Below, piece by piece: positions 9,679 through 18,012 of a stretch of DNA of 58,261 nt. This DNA comes from Candidatus Komeilibacteria bacterium (GTDB lineage: Bacteria; Patescibacteriota; Patescibacteriia; UBA1558; UBA10009). Both the position numbers and the translations under genes were made by a program. Location: positions 1 to 58,261 of the forward strand of contig JAUYIT010000030.1 in the NCBI GenBank assembly GCA_030688315.1, given 5' to 3'. The notes beneath the pieces were generated by a model. It had not been told where the DNA came from, ran no database searches, and was given only the letters and a program-made list of their open reading frames with translations. The stretch's first letter is position 1, and each line of letters starts with the position of its first letter.

Positions 9679-9809
9679 AATAAAACCACCCTCCGCAAGG
9701 AGGATGGCTCTAGGATGTAATACCCTTTTGGTCATATGTTAACCAAAAGACATTATTAGTATATCATTTCTAATTAATAAGTCAATAGTTATTAACAGGG
9801 TTAAAAAAT

Positions 9810-11309
9810 ATGAACTTGGAAACAGTTATCGGCTTAGAGATCCACATTCAGCTTAAAACTAAGAGCAAGATGTTTTGCAGTTGTTCCAACCAAGGGGAGA
9901 ATCAGCCGGCCAACACCACGGTTTGCCCAATTTGCCTGGGTCATCCCGGCACGTTGCCGTTTGCCAATCAGGAGGCCGTTAATATGGGCATTAAATTGGC
10001 TTTGGCTTTAAACTGCGAGATTAATAAAAAATCCGTTTGGGCGCGGAAAAACTATTTTTATCCTGATTTGCCCAAGGGTTACCAGATTTCGCAATTTGAA
10101 AGTCCGCTGGCCAGCAACGGCCACTTAACTATTTTTGCGGCCGATAAAGAAAAACGCATCGGGTTGGAGCGTTTGCATTTGGAAGAAGACGCGGCCAAAA
10201 ATTTTCATACGCCTGAAGCTGTTTTAGTGGATTACAACCGGGCAGGCACGCCGTTGGCGGAAATTGTGACTAGGCCGGATTTTAAAACGCCCGCCGAGGC
10301 CAAGGTTTTTTTGCAGAATTTGCGTTTGATCGCGCGTTACTTAAAAGTTTCGGATGCCGATATGGAAAAGGGTCATTTGCGCTGTGACGCTAATATTTCT
10401 TTGCGACCGATTGGCGAGGAAAAATTGTATCCTAAAACCGAAATTAAAAATTTGAATTCTTTCCGTTCAGTGGAACGGTCTTTGGAATACGAAATTAAGC
10501 GCCAGACCGAATTATGGAATTTAGGCACGCCACCTAAAATTACCACTACTCGTGGCTGGGATGAAAAAAAATTACAAACCGTGGAACAGCGGACAAAAGA
10601 GGAGTCGGCGGATTACCGTTATTTTCCGGAGCCCGATTTATTACCTTTGGTTTTTACCGAAGCGGACATTGCCGCTATCCACGCTTTATTGCCGGAATTG
10701 CCCCGGGCTAAGGTGTTAAGATTCATCAAAGAATATCAGGTTAACCCGGCTGACGGCCATGTTTTGGTGGAAGACGAACAGGTGGCCGATTACTTTGAGG
10801 CGGTAATGACTGAAACGCGGGCTTGGCTGGAAGCTAACGGCGATGTTTTAGGTACATCGGAAGAAGTTTGGGAACTGAATAAGAAAAAGATGACCAAATT
10901 GGTAACCGGCTGGCTGACCAGTGAGTTGTTCAAATTAATGAATGAGGCCAAGATTGGCGTTAAAGACCTTAAAATCAGCCCGGAAAACTTTGCGGAATTT
11001 GTGGTTTTGCTGTATCAAAGAAAAATGAACAGTTCGTCCGGACAGGTCATTTTGTACAAAATGTTCTTAACAGGCGGGGATCCATCTGCTATAATGGAAG
11101 AAGAGGATCTGGCGCTCTTGGATGACGGGGAACAACTGGCCAAAGTGGTGGCCAAGGTACTGGCTGAAAATCAGAATCAGGTTATGGACTATCGCCAGGG
11201 CAAAACGCCTTTGCTTAAATTTTTTATCGGCTTAGCCATGAAGGAAATGAAAGGCAAGGCAGATCCGGAGGCACTGGCCGAACTATTTCGTCAGCATTTA
11301 GATGATTAA
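9810..11309 (+). CDS. gatB: Asp/Glu-tRNA amidotransferase subunit B
   Basis: IGLEIH, RKNYFYPDLPKGYQISQ, HLEEDA, DYRYFPEPDL. Confidence 0.98.
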   Translation: MNLETVIGLEIHIQLKTKSKMFCSCSNQGENQPANTTVCPICLGHPGTLPFANQEAVNMGIKLALALNCEINKKSVWARKNYFYPDLPKGYQISQFESPLASNGHLTIFAADKEKRIGLERLHLEEDAAKNFHTPEAVLVDYNRAGTPLAEIVTRPDFKTPAEAKVFLQNLRLIARYLKVSDADMEKGHLRCDANISLRPIGEEKLYPKTEIKNLNSFRSVERSLEYEIKRQTELWNLGTPPKITTTRGWDEKKLQTVEQRTKEESADYRYFPEPDLLPLVFTEADIAAIHALLPELPRAKVLRFIKEYQVNPADGHVLVEDEQVADYFEAVMTETRAWLEANGDVLGTSEEVWELNKKKMTKLVTGWLTSELFKLMNEAKIGVKDLKISPENFAEFVVLLYQRKMNSSSGQVILYKMFLTGGDPSAIMEEEDLALLDDGEQLAKVVAKVLAENQNQVMDYRQGKTPLLKFFIGLAMKEMKGKADPEALAELFRQHLDD

Positions 11310-11384
11310 TAGAAATTTTATATTTTTGGCTGCGACTTCGTCAGATTTCGTAAAAACACTTTCAACGTAATAGTATTACGCCTT

Positions 11385-11412
11385 GTAGGGGCGGTTCATG
11401 AATCGCCCCTAC
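11385..11412. repeat. GTAG-type REP palindrome nested in a longer imperfect hairpin (~11310-11445)
   Basis: GTAGGGGCGGTTCATGAATCGCCCCTAC. Confidence 0.75.
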
Positions 11413-11472
11413 CTTCCTTGTCTCGCCTAAAAATCTAAAATTTCTTAGTGCGGTTGATAACCGCTTAATGGT

Positions 11473-12228
11473 ATGAAGAGATATTTCTTTATCATTTATA
11501 TAATTGCCGGATTGCTTGTTTTAGGCAGTCCGTTTTTAGTTCAAGCTCAGGCGCTTGATACCGACGGCGACGGTCTGACTGATGAGCAGGAAATAAATAT
11601 TTATTACACCAACCCCTATTCGGCCGATACCGATGCCGACGGGTTTACCGACAAAGTGGAGCTGGACACCGGTTTTTCTCCTCACCGGCCTTTATACAAA
11701 CTTTCGCAATTGGATTGGGATAAAGACGGCTTGTCGGACGAGCAGGAAATTAACCTGGGCACGGATTTAAAAAACGCCGATACTGACGGCGACGGTTTTT
11801 CCGATAAAATAGAAGTATACACCGGCTATGATCCTTTAAGCACCCAACGGATCAAGGTGGCCAAGAAAATTGAAATCAATCTGGCCGAACAGGAATTGTC
11901 GTATTTTTTCGGTAACGCCAAGCTGGGCAGTTTTGATATTTCCGGCGGTTTGCCCCGCACGCCCACGCCCAAGGGAGAGTTTCAAATTTACAATAAAATT
12001 CCCAAGGCCTGGTCCACGCGCTACAAATTGTGGATGCCTTATTGGATGGCTTTTTACCCCAGCGGTTTGTACGGCCTGCACGAACTGCCTTACTGGCCGG
12101 GCGGTTACCGCGAAGGTTCGGATCATTTGGGTAAACCCGCTTCGCACGGCTGTGTGCGCTTAGGCATTGGCCCGGCCAAGGTTTTATACGATTGGGCCGA
12201 AATCGGCACACCGGTCATTATTTATTGA
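11473..12228 (+). CDS. Secreted L,D-transpeptidase (YkuD) with DxDxDG calcium-binding repeats
   Basis: Signal peptide; four DTDGDG-like repeats; catalytic motif LHE..SHGCVRL. Confidence 0.9.
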   Translation: MKRYFFIIYIIAGLLVLGSPFLVQAQALDTDGDGLTDEQEINIYYTNPYSADTDADGFTDKVELDTGFSPHRPLYKLSQLDWDKDGLSDEQEINLGTDLKNADTDGDGFSDKIEVYTGYDPLSTQRIKVAKKIEINLAEQELSYFFGNAKLGSFDISGGLPRTPTPKGEFQIYNKIPKAWSTRYKLWMPYWMAFYPSGLYGLHELPYWPGGYREGSDHLGKPASHGCVRLGIGPAKVLYDWAEIGTPVIIY

Positions 12229-12304
12229 TTTTTCGCTGTGGATAAAAAAGGGTTGACGGCAGGTTTCTGAAAGAGTATTATTATCCACAGTATATAAATA
12301 CCAC

Positions 12305-12388
12305 ATGCAAAAATACTTTAAACACTTTAAGTGGAAAGAAGGGCTGAACGTTATTCCGGGTTTGGATTTTTCAAATTTTATCAATTGA
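12305..12388 (+). CDS. Candidate leader peptide MQKYFKHFKWKEGLNVIPGLDFSNFIN
   Basis: Lies after TTGACG-17-TATTAT (12253-12281); three Asn codons, one of them the last codon; stop abuts a terminator. Confidence 0.5.
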   Translation: MQKYFKHFKWKEGLNVIPGLDFSNFIN

Positions 12389-12417
12389 ATCTTCGACGAA
12401 AGTCGGGGATTTTTTTT
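12388..12417 (+). terminator. Terminator in the 5' leader of the AsnRS-like gene
   Basis: AATCTTCGAC-GAAA-GTCGGGGATT followed by a T run. Confidence 0.75.
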
Positions 12418-12446
12418 AAAACCTAATAATTAACCAAGAAATATTT

Positions 12447-13439
12447 ATGCATCAAAAAGTCGCCTTAATTTCGGAAATTATTAAAGCGGGCCGCAAATCT
12501 TTGGAAGAGCGGGGCTTTACCGAAGTGGTGGTACCTAGGATTGTGCGGGCAACAGGGGCCTGCGAAAACGTTAACACCTTGTTTGAGGTTTCCTCCAACA
12601 AGGATTTTAAGTGGTTCGGTTCCAACAGCTATCTGGCCCAAACCGGCCAATTGTATCTGGAGGCACTGGTGCCCAAACTGGAAAAGGTTTATTGCGCCGG
12701 ACCTTCTTTCCGCGCTGAACCGGCCGTGGATAGCCGGCATTTGACCGAATTTTTTATGATGGAAATTGAGTTTGCCGGTGATTTTAACAAACTGCTTAAG
12801 GAAATTGAAACCTTTATTAAAGACATTGCCAAATCTTTGGTCAACTTATCCGCTCAAAAAGACCTAGGTTTATCCGCTGAAACTATCCAGCGGCTTGCCA
12901 GCTGTCCGGATGTTTTTACCAAGCTGACTTATGATGAAGCTATTGCCAAGCTGACGGAACTGGGCGAACAAATAGAATGGGGCGATGATATTAGTTCCAA
13001 GCAGGAGAAAATTCTGGTAGAACATTTTGGCAACCAACCCATGTTTATTACCCGCTATCCGGATCCTATGACCGATCACGGTAAAGAAATTGAAGTGGAA
13101 AAATTCTTTAACATGCTACCCGATCCGGAAAATCCGGGCAGGGTATTATCCAGCGATCTTATTTTGCCTTTTGGCGGCGAATCGGTGGGCTCGGCGGCCA
13201 GGGTGCATTTGGCCGAGGAAATGGTGAAGCGTCTAAAAAATTCCCGGATGTTCCAGCGGCTGGAAAAATTGGGCGGTTCAATTGATGATTTTAGCTGGTA
13301 CATTGAACAGCTAAATCAGGGCAGTGTGCCGCACGCCGGCTGTGGTTTTGGCATGGCCCGCATTATCCAGTGGATCATGGGCACGACCGATATCAGGCAG
13401 GCCGTAACCTTTGCTTCCAATAAGGGCGGGATTATCTAG
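12447..13439 (+). CDS. AsnRS catalytic-domain-only paralog; probable archaeal-type asparagine synthetase A
   Basis: GACE, YLAQTGQLYLE, SFRAEP..RHLTEF, PHAGCGFGMAR; 330 aa with no N-terminal anticodon OB fold. Confidence 0.75.
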   Translation: MHQKVALISEIIKAGRKSLEERGFTEVVVPRIVRATGACENVNTLFEVSSNKDFKWFGSNSYLAQTGQLYLEALVPKLEKVYCAGPSFRAEPAVDSRHLTEFFMMEIEFAGDFNKLLKEIETFIKDIAKSLVNLSAQKDLGLSAETIQRLASCPDVFTKLTYDEAIAKLTELGEQIEWGDDISSKQEKILVEHFGNQPMFITRYPDPMTDHGKEIEVEKFFNMLPDPENPGRVLSSDLILPFGGESVGSAARVHLAEEMVKRLKNSRMFQRLEKLGGSIDDFSWYIEQLNQGSVPHAGCGFGMARIIQWIMGTTDIRQAVTFASNKGGII

Positions 13440-13527
13440 TAAAAAAGAAAGCGCCTCATTTTGTCCAAGTGAGGCGTTTTTTAATTGGACGTCGATATGC
13501 TAGAATATAACTAATAATCATAAAACA

Positions 13528-14613
13528 ATGAAGAAATCCAGGGTAATTTCAATAATAATCGCTGTTTTGGCAGTTAGCGCGGGCTATTTGTTTTTTTCCC
13601 AGCAAAAACAACTAAAGATTTTTTCGGCCCAACAGTCAATAACCGTTGATCAGACAGTTGTTGAAAGTCAAGAACCGCTGCCTGAATTGCCTAAGGAAGT
13701 TTCTTTGGTCGCGGTGGGCGATATTATGCTGTCGCGGGTGGTCGGTCAGAAAATGGTCAAGAACGGCTACGATTATCCTTTTGCTAAGCTCACCGATTTT
13801 TTGAGTGACGCCGATCTGACCTTTGGCAACTTGGAAACCGCCATTACCCCGGGCAGGCGGGTAGAAACGGGGGAGTTTATGTTTAGGGCGGACGCGGAAT
13901 CAGCCACGGCTTTAAAAAGGGCGGGTTTTGACATTGTGTCTTTAGCTAACAATCACAGTCCTAACTTTGGCGCCAAAGGATTGGAAGATACTTTTAAATA
14001 TTTAAACGATGCCGGTGTTAAATACGTGGGGGCGGGGAATAATCAGGAGGAGGCCAACCAGCCCGTTTATTTGACGACTAACGGCCTGACCTTGGCTTTT
14101 TTGGCTTATAATGACGATGATGTAGTGCCAGCGGGTTACGAAGCGGGCCAGAGCCGCGCCGGCACGGCGTTTATGAGGATTGAGGCCATGCAACAGGCGG
14201 TAACGGCGGCTAAAGCGGAGACGGATTTTGTGATCGTTTCTATGCATTCCGGCACGGAATACGTTAGCAAAGGCAACAGCTCGCAAATTGCCTTTGCCCG
14301 CGGAGCCATTGATGCCGGCGCGGAATTAGTGATCGGCCATCATCCTCACGTTGTTCAGAATGTTGAAAAATATAACGGCAAATATATTTTTTACAGTTTG
14401 GGCAACTTTATCTTTGATCAAATGTGGTCACAGGAAACCAGGGAAGGCCTGGCTGTAAAAATATTTTTTAACCGGGACGGAGTTGATAAAATTTCTCTGC
14501 ATCCCGTTTTAATTTCCGATTACTCCCAACCGGCTCTTATCACCGATAATTCCGGCCAGTCGATATTAAAGCGCCTTAATTATCCATTTACCAATAACGT
14601 GATTACGGATTAA
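13528..14613 (+). CDS. CapA (PGA_cap) metallophosphoesterase-family exported protein
   Basis: VGDIML, GNLE, LANNH, HSGTEY, IGHHPHV, YSLGNFIFDQ; N-terminal anchor. Confidence 0.92.
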   Translation: MKKSRVISIIIAVLAVSAGYLFFSQQKQLKIFSAQQSITVDQTVVESQEPLPELPKEVSLVAVGDIMLSRVVGQKMVKNGYDYPFAKLTDFLSDADLTFGNLETAITPGRRVETGEFMFRADAESATALKRAGFDIVSLANNHSPNFGAKGLEDTFKYLNDAGVKYVGAGNNQEEANQPVYLTTNGLTLAFLAYNDDDVVPAGYEAGQSRAGTAFMRIEAMQQAVTAAKAETDFVIVSMHSGTEYVSKGNSSQIAFARGAIDAGAELVIGHHPHVVQNVEKYNGKYIFYSLGNFIFDQMWSQETREGLAVKIFFNRDGVDKISLHPVLISDYSQPALITDNSGQSILKRLNYPFTNNVITD

Positions 14614-14741
14614 GTCGTCTGTTATTAAAAATACAAAAATCCCTCGAGCAAATGCGAGAGGGATTTTTAAAGCCACACATCTGCGTAAGCTGAAGTTTTC
14701 GAATCTATTCGAAAACGGAAGCTGAAGCAGATGATGGGGCG

Positions 14742-14818
14742 TGGTGTCCCCGGCAGGATTTGAACCTGCGATCTTAAGGACCGGAACCTTACGCTTTATC
14801 CAGCTAAGCTACGGGGAC
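14742..14818 (-). tRNA. tRNA-Arg(CCG) with encoded CCA
   Basis: GTCCCCG acceptor stem, D arm, TAAGG-TTCCGGT-CCTTA anticodon arm, GGTTCAAATCC T-loop, ACCA end. Confidence 0.95.
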
Positions 14819-15709
14819 TAGGTTGAGATTGCCTTTTATTATTTTTTTCGCTTCGTCGACATTTTCCAACCAAATAATTCTCTTATCTCTCTTAAACCAA
14901 GTCATCTGGCGTTTGGCAAACTGATGGATGGTAGTTGCTAATTTAGCAGTCATTTGTTCATAAGTCAACTTACCCTGTAAATATTGGGCGATAAAGCGGT
15001 ATTCCAGGCCAAATTCCTCCAGTTTTTTCCAACTTAAGCCCTGTTTTTTCAGCTTTTTAACCTCATTAATCAAACCCTCTTTGGCCAGCCGTTCTTTTAA
15101 CCGTTGGTCAATTTTTTGATCTAGTTCGGCTTTTGGCAAAGTCAGTCCTAGCATCATACAAGTGTATTTTGGATCCCTCGACTGCGCTCGGGACAAGTTT
15201 TGGTTTTTTAAATTCTTTACAATTTCAATTTTTCTAATCAGCCGTCTTTTATTATTTAAGTCAGATTGATTCAAGATCAGTCCATATTTTTTTACCAAGG
15301 CCTGTAGCTGGGCCAGAGATTTTTGATTCAGTTTTTTTCTTAAAGCAGAATCGGGTTTAACATCATCAAGTTGATAACCGTCAACAATCGCGCTGATGTA
15401 TAAACCGGTTCCGCCCACCAAAAAAGGGATTTTACCGCGTTTAATAATATCGTCAATGGCCCGGTAAGCCAGCTTTTGATAGTCCGACAAAGTAAAGCGT
15501 TTTTTGGGGTTGACCACGTCAATCAAATGATAGGGGACGCGGCCGTATTCTTTTAAATCTTTGCCCGTGCCAATATCCATGCCAACATAAACCTGACGGC
15601 TGTCAGCCGAAACAATCTCGCCGTTAAACGCACGCGCCAGTTTGGCGGCCAATTTGGTTTTACCCGTGGCGGTTGGGCCTAAAATAACAATCAGCTTTGG
15701 TAGAAGCAT
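14804..15709 (-). CDS. miaA: tRNA dimethylallyltransferase
   Basis: GPTATGKT, SADSRQVY, VGGTGLY, FAKRQMTWF. Confidence 0.97.
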   Translation of the reverse strand: MLLPKLIVILGPTATGKTKLAAKLARAFNGEIVSADSRQVYVGMDIGTGKDLKEYGRVPYHLIDVVNPKKRFTLSDYQKLAYRAIDDIIKRGKIPFLVGGTGLYISAIVDGYQLDDVKPDSALRKKLNQKSLAQLQALVKKYGLILNQSDLNNKRRLIRKIEIVKNLKNQNLSRAQSRDPKYTCMMLGLTLPKAELDQKIDQRLKERLAKEGLINEVKKLKKQGLSWKKLEEFGLEYRFIAQYLQGKLTYEQMTAKLATTIHQFAKRQMTWFKRDKRIIWLENVDEAKKIIKGNLNLVPVA

Positions 15710-15710
15710 C

Positions 15711-15896
15711 CTATTTTTTATTGCCGATCCGAGCTCGGTTGCCGGTTTTGGTTACATTTCGCCGTTTGGCGTAATACATGGAGGTCTGCGCCCGTTTGAT
15801 TTGGCCGGCCAAACTGGCGCCTTTGGGGGCGCGCTGTTCCTTTTCCCTTAGGTGCTGGCGTTTTTCCCCTTTGGTTATTTTTATGGGATTAGCCAT
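15711..15896 (-). CDS. Small basic hypothetical protein (61 aa)
   Basis: Fills the gap between thrS and miaA on the same strand (4-nt and 1-nt spacers); K/R-rich. Confidence 0.6.
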   Translation of the reverse strand: MANPIKITKGEKRQHLREKEQRAPKGASLAGQIKRAQTSMYYAKRRNVTKTGNRARIGNKK

Positions 15897-15900
15897 ATAT

Positions 15901-17649
15901 TTACAATTCCGCTGAGCGGTTGTTAATTGAATTTTTTATATTCGTAATAAAGTCATCATAACTAAGTTCCGCTAGATTTTCCTGACCCCTAACTCTGATG
16001 GCTAATTTGTCCGCCTGCATTTCTTTGTCACCAATTACCAAAGTGTAGGGGATTTTTTCACGGCTGGATTTTCTAATTTTATTGCCCACGGTTTCGTTGG
16101 CCAAATCCAGTTCCACTCTAATATTTTCCGCTTTTAGCTGGTCAGCCAGTTTTTGGCAATAGTCTTCGTGGACTTCGCCGACGTTGATGATTTTAACCTG
16201 AACAGGGGAAAGCCAGAGCGGAAATTCGCCGGCAAAATGTTCAATAATAATGGAAAGGAAGCGTTCAATTGAACCCATGATGGCGGCGTGAACCATGACC
16301 ACGCGTTCTGCTTTGCCTTCTTCGTTGGTGCAATTAAGATCAAATCTTTCCGGCATATTCATGTCAATTTGAATTGTGGCCACCTGCCATTCGCGGCCGA
16401 GCGAATCTTTACCCATAAAATCCAGTTTGGGGCCGTAAAAAGCCGCCTCGCCCACGCCCAAAAAAGTATCGGCTTTTTTTTCGTTGACTATTTCATTGAG
16501 CATTGATTCGGCAAACTCCCACTTTTTTTTATCGCCCAGATATTTTTCCGGCTGTTCGGGGTCGTGGACGGAAACACGGATGCGCAGGTTAAAGCCGAAT
16601 ACGCCGTAAAAAGCGTGGATAATATCCCAAATTTTCAAAAATTCTTTCTTAACTTGCCCAAGGCGGCAAAAAACATGGGCGTCATCCTGGGCAAAGCCGC
16701 GCACGCGCGATAAGCCGGCTAGTTCGCCGGATTGTTCGTCGCGGTAGCACATGGTGGTGGTGGCGTAACGCTGGGGCAAGTCGCGGTAACTCCAGGCCCG
16801 CCGGGCGTAAATTTGGGTGTGGTGCGGGCAATTCATGGGCTTCATGGCAAAAAGATGGCCCTCGCGGGTGGTAATTTTAAACAAATCATCCTGAAATTTG
16901 TCCCAGTGGCCGCTGGTTTCGTACAAATCCTTTTTGGTAATGTGGGGGATTTCCACTTTTTCGTAGCCGTATTTTTTCCGCAGTTCCCAAACAAAATCGT
17001 CCAGCAGGTTGCGCAGGATTGTGCCTTTGGGCGTCCAGAGCGGTAAGCCGCTGCCCACCAATTCGGAAAAAGTAAACAGATCCAAAGCCGGACCCAGTTT
17101 TTTATGGTCGCGTTTTTCGGCTTCCGCTTTCATAGCCAGATAATCGTCCAGTTCCTGTTTGGTGGCAAAAGCCAAGCCGTAAATTCTGGTCAGCATGGTA
17201 TTTTTTTCCGAACCGCGCCAATAAGCACCGGCGACTTTTTCCAGTTTAAAAGAAGCCGGGTCAATCTTGTTGAAATTTTCGGCATGCCCACCGCGACATA
17301 AATCCCTAAAGTCGCCGGACTGATAAATGGTTAGATTTTGCCCTTCGCCGGCAAACTCATTAATCAGTTCCAGTTTGTAGGGATTATCGGCAAATTCTTT
17401 TTTGGCTTCGGCCGCTGAAACCTCGTGTTTGTCAAAACTTTTCCAGGTGGTCAGCATTTTTTTCATCTGCTTTTCAATTTTGGGCAGATCGGCTTGGGTT
17501 AAAGGTTCGGCAAATTCAAAATCATAGTAAAAGCCGTTATCAATGGCCGGCCCAATGGTTCGCTTGGCCTCAGGTCTTATTTTTAATACAGCCGCCGCCA
17601 GCAAGTGGGCGAGCGAATGGCGTAATTGTTCCAACTGTTCTTGGTTCAT
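15901..17649 (-). CDS. thrS: Threonine--tRNA ligase (short form without the N-terminal TGS domain)
   Basis: LRHSLAH, DLCRGGH, KPMNCPHH, AFYGPK; start moved to MNQEQL because the longer ORF runs through a repeat. Confidence 0.97.
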   Translation of the reverse strand: MNQEQLEQLRHSLAHLLAAAVLKIRPEAKRTIGPAIDNGFYYDFEFAEPLTQADLPKIEKQMKKMLTTWKSFDKHEVSAAEAKKEFADNPYKLELINEFAGEGQNLTIYQSGDFRDLCRGGHAENFNKIDPASFKLEKVAGAYWRGSEKNTMLTRIYGLAFATKQELDDYLAMKAEAEKRDHKKLGPALDLFTFSELVGSGLPLWTPKGTILRNLLDDFVWELRKKYGYEKVEIPHITKKDLYETSGHWDKFQDDLFKITTREGHLFAMKPMNCPHHTQIYARRAWSYRDLPQRYATTTMCYRDEQSGELAGLSRVRGFAQDDAHVFCRLGQVKKEFLKIWDIIHAFYGVFGFNLRIRVSVHDPEQPEKYLGDKKKWEFAESMLNEIVNEKKADTFLGVGEAAFYGPKLDFMGKDSLGREWQVATIQIDMNMPERFDLNCTNEEGKAERVVMVHAAIMGSIERFLSIIIEHFAGEFPLWLSPVQVKIINVGEVHEDYCQKLADQLKAENIRVELDLANETVGNKIRKSSREKIPYTLVIGDKEMQADKLAIRVRGQENLAELSYDDFITNIKNSINNRSAEL

Positions 17650-17673
17650 AAATTGTTGGTTATTTTTTAACTT

Positions 17674-17782
17674 GTCATTGCGAGCGACCAAAGGGAGCGA
17701 AGCAATCTCAAATAAGATTGCGGAGCCTGTCCCGAGCGTAAGCGAGGGATCTGCCGTCGCAGGCGGCGTTCCTCGCAATGAC
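17674..17782. repeat. GTCATTGCGAG-family palindrome with a nested TGTCCCGAGCG..CGAGGGAT unit
   Basis: GTCATTGCGAG...CTCGCAATGAC termini. Confidence 0.85.
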
Positions 17783-17787
17783 TACTT

Positions 17788-17965
17788 AAAAAACTTCTCA
17801 TCCCTAAAATACCATTTATGATATTTTCAGGACGAAAGGTTTATTCTTTAAACCATCCGCGGTTCCACCTGTTTTATCGAGCTGAGCTCGACCGCTCGTA
17901 AATTGTTTCTAAACTTAGTCGAGCATCAGCTCAAGCTGGAGCAGGCGATTGGTAGTCGCCTCAAT
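17788..17965 (-). ncRNA. T-box riboswitch (Thr) with a very short Stem I
   Basis: CAGG-TGGAACC-GCGG...TCGT-CCTG antiterminator; downstream terminator with T run; 5' hairpin AGGCGA-CTACCAA-TCGCCT carrying ACC; promoter TTGACT-17-TATAAT at 18008-17980. Confidence 0.85.
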
Positions 17966-18012
17966 CGTTTAGTGTTTTTATTATAATTTATCTTATTCTT
18001 GAAGTCAATCAG

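Noticed and set aside
12447-13439. Call as functional asparagine--tRNA ligase (asnS) or as a pseudogene
   Set aside because: No anticodon-binding domain and no upstream fragment; it has an intact frame, promoter and leader, so a catalytic-only paralog fits better.
17650-17778. 43-aa N-terminal extension of ThrS
   Set aside because: It is translated REP-like palindrome; homology starts at MNQEQLEQLRHS.
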